The position numbers were made by a program, and so were the translations under genes. Positions 56,452 through 64,000 of a DNA stretch of 64,000 nucleotides are shown here, one piece after another; position 1 is the first letter of the stretch; each line of letters starts with the position of its first letter. A model generated the notes under the pieces. That model made no database searches, was not told the origin of the DNA, and saw only the letters and a program-made list of their open reading frames with translations. The DNA comes from Candidatus Binatia bacterium. GTDB lineage: Bacteria > Desulfobacterota > Binatia > HRBIN30. The stretch spans positions 97,812-161,811 of the forward strand of contig JBBRSP010000011.1 of the NCBI GenBank assembly GCA_038245295.1, written 5' to 3'.

Positions 56452-57405
56452 TCAGGCGTTGACCGTATGGATCGGTTTGCCATCGAGGTACGCGCGCACG
56501 TTCCTCATGCTGGTTGCCATCAATCGTCGTCGTGCCGCCAGGCTCGCCCACGCGACATGCGGTGTGATGATACAGCGCGGGACGCGTTGTAGAGGGTTGC
56601 CCTCGCTCATTGGTTCGGCAGAAACGACATCAACGGCTGCACCTGCGAGTGTTCCTCGCATTAGAGCCGACGCCAGGGCGGCCTCATCGATCAAGCCTCC
56701 ACGTGCCGTGTTGATGAGGAAGGCGGTCGGCCTCATGCGTGTCAGCAACGCCTCATTGACGAAGGCGACATTCTTCGGCGTCAGCGGGCAATGTAGAGAA
56801 ATCACGTCGCTCTGAGTGAAGAGATCGCCGAGGGCTAGGCGCGGCATGTCGGTCGCGCTGGCGTCGTTGTGGTCGCCGGCTGCCACGACATTCATTCCAA
56901 ACGCGCGCGCCAGCGTGCCGACGCGGCGTCCGATGCGTCCGTAGCCGACGAGGCCCATCGTCAGGCCGGCAAGCTCGATTGGTGAATGTTGTACGAAGCA
57001 GAAGTCGGGTGAGCGCTGCCAGGCTCCCGCGTGCACGTCGGCGTCGTAGGCACCGACGTGCTGACAGAGCTCGAGCAGCAGGGCCATGACGTGTTGCGCC
57101 ACCGAGTCGGTGCCGTACTCGGGGACATTCGAGACGACGATGCCGTGGCGCTTTGCCGCGGCGATGTCGACGACGTCGTAGCCGGTTGCCAGCACGGCAA
57201 TGAAGCGCAGCTCCGGCAGCTGAGCCAGGAACTCGGCCGGCAGTCGTGTCTTATTTGTCAGGATGATGTCGGCGCCGCGGCTGCGTTCGACAGTCAGGTC
57301 GGGCGGCGTACGATCGAAGACGCTCACCTCGCCCATGCTGTCGAGATCATCCCAGGGATTGTCGCCTGGGTTCAGCGTGTGGCCGTCGAGAACTACGATA
57401 CGCAT
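56452..57405 (-). CDS. D-2-hydroxyacid dehydrogenase (glycerate dehydrogenase / hydroxypyruvate reductase-like)
   Basis: IVVLDGHTLNPGD, LATGYD, GYGRIG, SLHCPL, INTARG, TPHVAW. Confidence 0.9.
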   Translation of the reverse strand: MRIVVLDGHTLNPGDNPWDDLDSMGEVSVFDRTPPDLTVERSRGADIILTNKTRLPAEFLAQLPELRFIAVLATGYDVVDIAAAKRHGIVVSNVPEYGTDSVAQHVMALLLELCQHVGAYDADVHAGAWQRSPDFCFVQHSPIELAGLTMGLVGYGRIGRRVGTLARAFGMNVVAAGDHNDASATDMPRLALGDLFTQSDVISLHCPLTPKNVAFVNEALLTRMRPTAFLINTARGGLIDEAALASALMRGTLAGAAVDVVSAEPMSEGNPLQRVPRCIITPHVAWASLAARRRLMATSMRNVRAYLDGKPIHTVNA

Positions 57406-57422
57406 ACGCGGCTGGCCGAACC

Positions 57423-57878
57423 CTAGTGCTTCGGTGCTTGCGGTGGATGCTCGTGTGTCACCGCGGTTGGCTGCTGCGACAACTGCAGATGTCCCAGGTC
57501 TTTGACATTGGCGCAGGCATCGACGGTGCCGGACGTGCACTGCTCGATGTTCGGGATGTAGAAACGAAAAGGGCCGCCCTTTGCTCCTGGAAGCGGCGCG
57601 TCGCCGAGCCGGTAGGCGACGACGGCATCGGCGACGGCGTCGAGCGGCACGCAGATCGAAAAGCCCCCGTCCGCCGAAGTCAGCGTTAGATGCGCCGCTT
57701 GCGGCTGCACACCGACGACAGCGAGAACGGCGCGCAAGCGCACGCCGCCGCCTTCGCGGCCGGGGACGAGGGTGCCGATGTCGGCGACCTGATCGGGGAG
57801 CTGGCGCAGATCGTCGAAGGTCAGGCTAGCGGGACGGGCGACGGTGGCGTCGATGCCGTCGATGCGTAGTTGCGACAT
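57423..57878 (-). CDS. Small Oxidored_molyb-like (sulfite oxidase fold) domain protein
   Basis: LTFDDLRQLP, GVRLRAVL, SADGGF, LGDAPLP..KGGPFR, NVK. Confidence 0.65.
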   Translation of the reverse strand: MSQLRIDGIDATVARPASLTFDDLRQLPDQVADIGTLVPGREGGGVRLRAVLAVVGVQPQAAHLTLTSADGGFSICVPLDAVADAVVAYRLGDAPLPGAKGGPFRFYIPNIEQCTSGTVDACANVKDLGHLQLSQQPTAVTHEHPPQAPKH

Positions 57879-58171
57879 GAGTGAGAAATGACATCAGCCA
57901 AGCGGAAGGGCAACCACCGCCGACGGCGACCGACACATCGACGACGACCGGAGCGGCGATCATCGATCACCGAGCCTCGCGGTGGCGCCGGATCAATTCT
58001 GCCGCCGGCCTTGGGCCATTGGGCGCCCTCCGGTGTGATTGTTCAACTTCGCCGATCTAGTGCTTTGTGTGCAAAGCCCGACCCTTGACAAGGGCGCCGC
58101 GCTGAAGCGAATCTCCAGCGTGCACGAGATACTGCCGCGACTGCGGGCCTTGATCTCGGAAGGGGCTTGCC

Positions 58172-59476
58172 GTGAAACTGTTGGTCTGGCTGCTGGTTTT
58201 GTACCCGAGCTTGGTTGTTGCGTCCACGATCACCGTCAACACCGCATCGGATAGCGTGGTCTCTGCGGATGCTTCCTGCAGTTTGCGTGAGGCCCTCAAT
58301 AACGTGAATGCTGCCGCCGAGACGAGCGGTGGCGACTGCGTCGCCGGAAGCGGTACGGGCGATACGATTGTCTTTGGCTTGACGACACCCGCCGTGATCA
58401 AGCTGCAGCAAGGAGAGCTCACCATCTCACGGGACGTCGCGCTGGTCGGGCCCGTTCCGGGCCTGCCCAAGTTACTGCGAATCGACGGTCAGAATCGCTC
58501 TCGTGTATTCTTGGTGTCGACCGGAACTGTATCTTTCTCGAACCTGACGATCGAGCGCGGTTACGCAAAGGATACCACCGATCTGCTGTCAAACCGTGGT
58601 GGTGGCATCCGCATCGGACCAGCCGCGTCGGTCGAGCTGAACGGCTGTCTTGTGCGGAAGTGCAAATCCGTCGAAGTAAAGCCCGACGTGGTGCAGGCAA
58701 ACGCCGGTGGCATCTTCAACGAGGGAACTCTTACGATCAGCGATTCGTTGCTCCAGGGCAATCGTGCCGGGAACGGACCCGTCAGCCTCGGGGGAGCGAT
58801 CAATTCAAGCGGCGTTCTCACCGTCGTGCGTACGACATTCGACCGTAATCGAACGGGAGGGCGTGGGGGAGGAGCACTCTGGATCAGCTATTCGGGGGTG
58901 GCTGCCATTCGTGACTCGTTATTCATCGGGAACAAGGCGTACCACGCCGTTGGCGGAATCGTGGTGTCGACGTGCGGTTTTGAACCGTTTGACATCACCA
59001 ACTCGACCTTTTATCGAAACTCAGGGGCCATCTTGTCCTCTCTCGCGACTTTGGGGACCATGACCAATTGCACGCTGAGCGAAACCGGTCTGGTTATCGT
59101 CTCTGGAAGCACAATGAAGGCGACCAATACGATTTTTGGCGCCGGCACATATTGTGCGCATCCGGAGGGCGAGGAGGGCATCGTCTCTGGTGGGCACAAC
59201 ATCAGCGTCGATCCGTCCTGCGCGCATGGTTCTACCGACCTCATCTTTGTTGATCCAAAACTGATGCGGCTGCGCAACAACGGTGGTTCCACCAAAACCT
59301 TCGCGGTGTGTAGCGGTCCGGAGGCTCCCGTCGGCACGTGTGGACGAGCAAGCCCCGCTGTCGACGCGGGGGACGACGCGGTCCTTGGCCCACCGTACAG
59401 CTTCACCACGGACCAACGCGGCCTGGCGCGGCTGGCGGGAGCCCACGTCGACATCGGCGCCTACGAGAGTCAGTAG
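58172..59476 (+). CDS. Secreted CSLREA-domain / beta-helix protein with choice-of-anchor Q C-terminus
   Basis: ITVNT.SD...CSLREA; GGGI/AGGI/GGAI repeats; DPKL..L..NGG.T.T...SPAVDAG...DQRG..R...DIGAYE. Confidence 0.88.
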   Translation: MKLLVWLLVLYPSLVVASTITVNTASDSVVSADASCSLREALNNVNAAAETSGGDCVAGSGTGDTIVFGLTTPAVIKLQQGELTISRDVALVGPVPGLPKLLRIDGQNRSRVFLVSTGTVSFSNLTIERGYAKDTTDLLSNRGGGIRIGPAASVELNGCLVRKCKSVEVKPDVVQANAGGIFNEGTLTISDSLLQGNRAGNGPVSLGGAINSSGVLTVVRTTFDRNRTGGRGGGALWISYSGVAAIRDSLFIGNKAYHAVGGIVVSTCGFEPFDITNSTFYRNSGAILSSLATLGTMTNCTLSETGLVIVSGSTMKATNTIFGAGTYCAHPEGEEGIVSGGHNISVDPSCAHGSTDLIFVDPKLMRLRNNGGSTKTFAVCSGPEAPVGTCGRASPAVDAGDDAVLGPPYSFTTDQRGLARLAGAHVDIGAYESQ

Positions 59477-59591
59477 TTGCCGAGAAAGCTCGACAGTCTC
59501 CTTTGCGGGGACGACGTTGATGACCCTGGCAACTGACTAGACCCATCCAGCGCGCTGCCTTGGCACCGGCCTGTGTGCTAGAGCGGCGGCC

Positions 59592-60302
59592 ATGGCAACC
59601 AGGGCAGTTCTATTCGATTTCGGCGGCACACTTTACGACTATCGGTGTTTCGAGCAGGCGGAGCGGGACAGTTTGATCGAGTTGGCTTCATGGTCGGGGG
59701 CTCGTGCCGAGCCGGAGGCGATTCTGCAAGCCCACCGCGACTCGATGCGTGAGGTGTTTCGTTCCTACCTGCAGCAACCCTATTTTCTGCACGGCGATAT
59801 GTTTCGCGATGCCGCGCTGGCAACGCTGCATCGGCTCGGTGTCGCGGCGGATCAGGATCACCTCGAGCACTATCGCGCCGCCCAGTGGGCGCGTCATGCG
59901 CGTGACTTCCGGTTGCGCGAGGGCGTCGCCGAGACCTTGTCGACGCTCAAGGCGCGCGGCCTTCATCTCGGCATTGTCAGCAACATCGATGACGATCAGC
60001 TCGATCACCTGATGACCGCGGCAGGGATCGCACCGCACTTCGACTCGCTGCTGTCGAGCGAAGCCGCCGGCTCCTGCAAGCCGGATCAAGCGATCTATCG
60101 CGAAGCGTTGCGGCGCGCCGGATGCGCCGCCGGCGAGGTCCTGTTCGTTGGTGATACGTTGATGCAGGACATTGCCGGAGCCAACCGTGCCGGCATGCGT
60201 TCGGTTTTGCTTTGGCACCGGAGCGACCGCGAGCCGCCGGCTGACGCGCCGCAGCCGGCGCACGTCATTCAATCGATTCCGGAGATTCTGGATCTTCTGT
60301 GA
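59592..60302 (+). CDS. HAD superfamily hydrolase
   Basis: FDFGGTLYD, VSN, KPD, VGDTLMQDIAGA. Confidence 0.92.
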   Translation: MATRAVLFDFGGTLYDYRCFEQAERDSLIELASWSGARAEPEAILQAHRDSMREVFRSYLQQPYFLHGDMFRDAALATLHRLGVAADQDHLEHYRAAQWARHARDFRLREGVAETLSTLKARGLHLGIVSNIDDDQLDHLMTAAGIAPHFDSLLSSEAAGSCKPDQAIYREALRRAGCAAGEVLFVGDTLMQDIAGANRAGMRSVLLWHRSDREPPADAPQPAHVIQSIPEILDLL

Positions 60303-61218
60303 GGCGGGCGAGCCACGTGGTTGGGGAACTGGTCGCGAGCACACAGGCACCATTCCACAGGAAATTGCGGCGCGTCGGCGACAGGGTCAGCTGCCGCCAC
60401 GCCAGGCTCGACAACTTCTCGACCGGTGCGACACCGGTGTCGATTTCCAGTTTAACGTTGAGCCCGTGATGGTCGGAGTAAGGCGCGTCGGCGGCTTGGC
60501 TTTCGATGCGCACGATTTGCACCATACGCATGGTCCACGTCGGCTTGCGCAAGAGAACATAGTCGATCCACTGCGTCGGCTCCGACGCCATGACCGTCGT
60601 ACCACAGTGGCAGCCGTCACGGTGGCCCTTGGTGACGTCGAGCCAGGTTCCGATGAGAGAACGATAGATGGCGTCATCCGGCGCCGTATTGAAGTCGCCG
60701 CACGCAACAACCGGGATTTCGGGTGCGATGGCAGCGACCGTTTCGTTGAACTGATCCACCTGGGCGCTGCGGACTTCTGCGTAGGTGCGTGTGCCGTATT
60801 GTGCTTGCAGATGTGTGTTGAGGATCGTCAGCGGCTGCCCGTCCCGTTCCAGCTCGAGTTGGTGGAAACCCTTGTTGGCGTAGCCGTCACCTTCCCAGAT
60901 GCGCCAGACCGGCGCTTCGACGTGGAACGCTGTGAAGCGGCGCTGCCGAATCGCCCAGCGGCTGCGGCGGCGCACGAAGGTCAGCAAGCCGCCCTGCGAA
61001 CCGGGGAACCATCCGTGTGGCGGCTCGGCGACCACGTAGGCGAGCTCGAGTTGCGCCACGAGCGCGGCAGCTTCGGAAGGGAACCAGACTTCCTGTAGGC
61101 ACAGGATATCGGGCAACTGCTGCAGGATGTATTCGGCGGCGGCCGCGAAGCGTTGTGCCCGTCGCGGCGCCAGCGGTGGTCCGTGGAGGTTCCAGGTGAT
61201 GATGTGTAGGGGGAGCAT
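60265..61218 (-). CDS. Endonuclease/exonuclease/phosphatase (sphingomyelinase-like) protein
   Basis: TWN, LCLQEVW, ANKG, NTHLQA, CGDFN, IDYVL, SDHHG; start at ATG 61218. Confidence 0.88.
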   Translation of the reverse strand: MLPLHIITWNLHGPPLAPRRAQRFAAAAEYILQQLPDILCLQEVWFPSEAAALVAQLELAYVVAEPPHGWFPGSQGGLLTFVRRRSRWAIRQRRFTAFHVEAPVWRIWEGDGYANKGFHQLELERDGQPLTILNTHLQAQYGTRTYAEVRSAQVDQFNETVAAIAPEIPVVACGDFNTAPDDAIYRSLIGTWLDVTKGHRDGCHCGTTVMASEPTQWIDYVLLRKPTWTMRMVQIVRIESQAADAPYSDHHGLNVKLEIDTGVAPVEKLSSLAWRQLTLSPTRRNFLWNGACVLATSSPTTWLARLTEDPESPESIE

Positions 61219-61354
61219 CGTCCTCGGTGAAGCTGTCAGAGGTCGGTGGTTGGGTACGGGGTGAGGGATACAGGGTGGATCATCGGTTGCGTTCCGCGTA
61301 ACACCAATCGGCCTGCTCTTGAACCCCCGGGTCGGGACAGAGGATAACGGAATC

Positions 61355-62008
61355 ATGGAGATCGATATCGACCGCATTGGTGAAGACGTGCCGTTGCTCG
61401 AGGGCTTGCGAACGACACGCGCGCTGCGTCGTTTGAAGCCGGATCCGGTGCCGACAGCGCTGATTCGCAAAGTGTGCGAGGCGGCGACCTTCGCGCCGAG
61501 TGGCGGCAATCGGCAGCCGTGGTTTTTCATTGCCGTCACGGAAAGCGAGCGGCGTGCTTGGGTAGCGGAGCGTTATCGCCGATATTTTCTTCACTACATC
61601 GCCCCAGCCGTGGAGGCGTCGAAGCAGGCAGACTTTCCGGAAGCGAAGCGCAAGAATCTCCACTCGGCGGTACATCTGGCGCAGCATCTACACGAAGTGC
61701 CGGTGCATCTGTTTGTCGCCGGCTGGACCCGGCGTGGCGCGGTGCAGAGCCAGGCGCTGTTCCCGTGCATCCAGAATCTACTGCTCGCCTGCCGCGCCGT
61801 CGGTCTCGGCGCCTCACTCACCACGGTGCACTTGGCGTTCCAACGTGAGCTCGACGACTGGCTCGGCCTACCCGAGAATTGCCCCACGGCCGCGTTGATT
61901 CCGATCGGTTGGCCGACCGGCCGCTACGCTCGCCCAGTTCGCCGCCCAGTCGACCAATGCCTCTTTTTTGAACGTCTCGACCCCGCCGCCTTCCACCGCA
62001 CCAAATAA
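61355..62008 (+). CDS. Nitroreductase family protein
   Basis: TTRALRRLKPDPVP, APSGGNRQPW, QNLLLACRAVGLG, IPIGWP. Confidence 0.92.
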   Translation: MEIDIDRIGEDVPLLEGLRTTRALRRLKPDPVPTALIRKVCEAATFAPSGGNRQPWFFIAVTESERRAWVAERYRRYFLHYIAPAVEASKQADFPEAKRKNLHSAVHLAQHLHEVPVHLFVAGWTRRGAVQSQALFPCIQNLLLACRAVGLGASLTTVHLAFQRELDDWLGLPENCPTAALIPIGWPTGRYARPVRRPVDQCLFFERLDPAAFHRTK

Positions 62009-62092
62009 AAGGGGACAGGACCCTTTGTACGTGCCGACTTTCCCCTTGTTCTGCGGCTTACTCCCACCTGGAAAAGGGGGCAGGACCCGTTT
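62007..62092. repeat. Two imperfect direct copies of a 20-21 bp hairpin-forming element
   Basis: AAAAGGGGACAGGACCCTTT (62007-26) and AAAAGGGGGCAGGACCCGTTT (62072-92). Confidence 0.7.
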
Positions 62093-62154
62093 GGCGCCCC
62101 GGGTGGCTACGAGATCGGCGATGGGGTAGTCGCGACGTAATTAAGGAGTCATCA

Positions 62155-62868
62155 ATGTCCGAATCGATCGTGCGCTACGAACTGCGCGGCAATGTAGCTG
62201 TGTTGACCATGGACGATGGGAAGGCAAACGCGCTTTCCAATCCGATGATGCAGGCGCTGCACGCCGGCCTTGATCGTGCCGAGAAGGAAGCCAAGGCCGT
62301 GCTGTTGGTTGGCCGCCCGAAGCGGCTGTGCGCCGGCTTCGACCTCAGCGTCATGACCCAGAGTCTGGAAGCGATGCAGTCCATGGTGCTCGACGGTGCC
62401 GAACTGTTGATGCGAATGTATCTGTTCCCGCGTCCCGTCGTGATTGCCTGCACGGGCCACGCCCTGGCGGCGGGGGCCCTGCTTCTGCTGGCGGCCGATC
62501 GACGCCTTGGTGCCGCCGGTGACTGGAAGATTGGTCTCAACGAAGTTTCGATCGCCATGCCCTTACCGACCTTCGCCGTCGAGCTGGCGCGCGATCGCTT
62601 GTCGCCGCGCTACTTCGCTGCGGCCACGACCATGGCGCAGATTTTCGACCCGAGTGGTGCGGTCGAAGCCGGCTATCTGGATGCCACGGTCGAGCCCGGT
62701 GTTCTGCTGGATACGGCTCTGGCCGATGCCGAGCGTATGGCGGCCTTACCCGACCCAGCGTTCCGTCTGACCAAGCAACGCGAGCGCGGCGAGTCGGTGC
62801 GCCGCATTCGCGCGACGTTGAAAGAGGATATAACGCAGCTCACAACGCCTCGCCCCCCGGGAGCGTAG
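62155..62868 (+). CDS. Crotonase / enoyl-CoA hydratase family protein
   Basis: MDDGKANAL, CAGFDL, TGHALAAGALLLL, IGLNEV. Confidence 0.92.
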   Translation: MSESIVRYELRGNVAVLTMDDGKANALSNPMMQALHAGLDRAEKEAKAVLLVGRPKRLCAGFDLSVMTQSLEAMQSMVLDGAELLMRMYLFPRPVVIACTGHALAAGALLLLAADRRLGAAGDWKIGLNEVSIAMPLPTFAVELARDRLSPRYFAAATTMAQIFDPSGAVEAGYLDATVEPGVLLDTALADAERMAALPDPAFRLTKQRERGESVRRIRATLKEDITQLTTPRPPGA

Positions 62869-62886
62869 TCACCGAAAGGGTATGGA

Positions 62887-63957
62887 ATGATGAATCGACT
62901 GACACGTTGTTGTCGTCTCGTGCTGCTGCCCGTTCTTCTCTGCCTCGCTGCGTGCGACCGCGTCGAACAGAAACTGATCGAACGGGCCGCAGCGCGCAAT
63001 CTCGTCGCCGACCACACCGAGTTCCTGACCGACGGGAATCTGCATGTGATCCTCTGTGGTACTGGCAGTCCTGTGATCGATCGCGATCGCGCCGCGGCAT
63101 GCACTGCGGTGATCGCCGGAAACCATTTCGTCTTGGTCGACACAGGAAGCGCCTCGTGGCGCGAGGTGGCGCTGAGTCATCTGCCACGCGCCAATCTCGA
63201 GGCCGTGTTGCTGACCCATTTTCACTCCGATCACATCGGTGATCTCGGTGAGGCGACCGTGCAGAGCTGGATTTCCGGGCGCACCAAACCTCTGGTCGTG
63301 TACGGCCCCCCCGGGGTCGAGCGAGTCGTGGCCGGCTTCTCCGAGGCCTACGCGCTCGACAGCGGCTATCGCACGGCGCACCACGGCGCCGCCGCCATGC
63401 CACCGTCCGGCTCTCAGATGGTCGCCTCAACGTTGCCCATCCCCGAGCTCGGCAAGAGTGAAGTTGTCTTCGAAGCCGACGGTCTGCGCGTTACGGCGTT
63501 CGCGGTCGATCACAAGCCCGTCGAGCCGGCGTTTGGTTACCGCTTCGATTACAAGGGGCGATCGGTTGTCGTCAGCGGCGATACGAAGAAGGACAGCAAC
63601 GTCGTCACGCAGTCCAAAGGCGCCGACGTCCTCCTGCACGAGGGATTGGCGCGCAACATCATCCTGCCGGTGTCGGTGTACGCGCACGAGCATGGGTTGG
63701 AGCGTTGGGGCAAGTTGAGCAACGACATCACGACCTATCATGCCAGCCCTGTGGATGCCGCCGAGGTGGCGCGCGACGCCGGCGTAAAGATGCTGGTGTT
63801 CACACACATGGTGCCGGCAGTCTCTAATTTCCTGACGCGTCGTCTCTTTCTGCGCGGCGTCTCCGATACCTTCAGTGGCAAGGTCGAACTCGGCTACGAT
63901 CGCATGCACATGACCCTGGCGCCGAACAGTACCGAGGTGAAGATCAGCTCGATGTGA
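62887..63957 (+). CDS. MBL-fold metallo-hydrolase lipoprotein (RNase Z / AtsA-type)
   Basis: Lipobox LAAC; LCGTGSP, LVDTG, THFHSDH, VDH.PV.PA.GYR, VSGDT, FTHMVP. Confidence 0.88.
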   Translation: MMNRLTRCCRLVLLPVLLCLAACDRVEQKLIERAAARNLVADHTEFLTDGNLHVILCGTGSPVIDRDRAAACTAVIAGNHFVLVDTGSASWREVALSHLPRANLEAVLLTHFHSDHIGDLGEATVQSWISGRTKPLVVYGPPGVERVVAGFSEAYALDSGYRTAHHGAAAMPPSGSQMVASTLPIPELGKSEVVFEADGLRVTAFAVDHKPVEPAFGYRFDYKGRSVVVSGDTKKDSNVVTQSKGADVLLHEGLARNIILPVSVYAHEHGLERWGKLSNDITTYHASPVDAAEVARDAGVKMLVFTHMVPAVSNFLTRRLFLRGVSDTFSGKVELGYDRMHMTLAPNSTEVKISSM

Positions 63958-64000
63958 TGCGGTTCATCGTTGCACGGCGAAGTCGACCTGCAGCGCGGTC

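Noticed and set aside
57880-58170. Possible small gene in the gap between the Oxidored_molyb-like and CSLREA genes
   Set aside because: Candidate frames are short, Arg-rich or low-complexity, without a convincing RBS or family motif
1-64000. tRNA, rRNA, integrase, transposase, phage or defence genes
   Set aside because: No tRNA T-loop/cloverleaf pattern, rRNA-like segment or recombinase, transposase or defence motifs seen by eye in the sequence or the ORF track

Overview
GC-rich, densely coding bacterial chromosome segment with about 55 genes. I found no rRNA, tRNA, CRISPR array, integrase or transposase. The gene mix (Geobacter-type IclR next to etfBA, a dockerin-tailed FG-GAP protein, DUF11 and CSLREA surface proteins, Actinobacteria-like steroid acyl-CoA dehydrogenases) suggests a deltaproteobacterial-grade organism, plausibly Candidatus Binatia; this is inference only. 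The dominant theme is acyl-CoA catabolism: two biotin-dependent carboxylase systems, ETF with a membrane Fe-S/CCG oxidoreductase, three acyl-CoA dehydrogenases, a CoA-transferase and two crotonases. Housekeeping genes include trpE(G), purB, phrB, fur and waaF. Three items stand out. (1) A lipoprotein at 21319-22731 fuses a CX4CH cytochrome-c-like domain to a PHM/DBH-type copper monooxygenase whose conserved CuM Met (E-M-C) is replaced by His (E-H-C). It is flanked by a secreted protein predicted to start with His and by an M91-like HEXXH peptidase. (2) A compact three-gene sulfoquinovose catabolic cluster at 48669-51810 (SmoC-like monooxygenase, SmoB-like reductase, GH188/SqgA-like NAD+-dependent sulfoquinovosidase) has no adjacent flavin reductase or transporter. 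(3) An in-frame membrane/TPR-like plus GT1 glycosyltransferase fusion lies at 52869-54629. All family assignments come from motif recognition by eye, not database searches. Many start codons were moved from the ORF track to better-supported positions.
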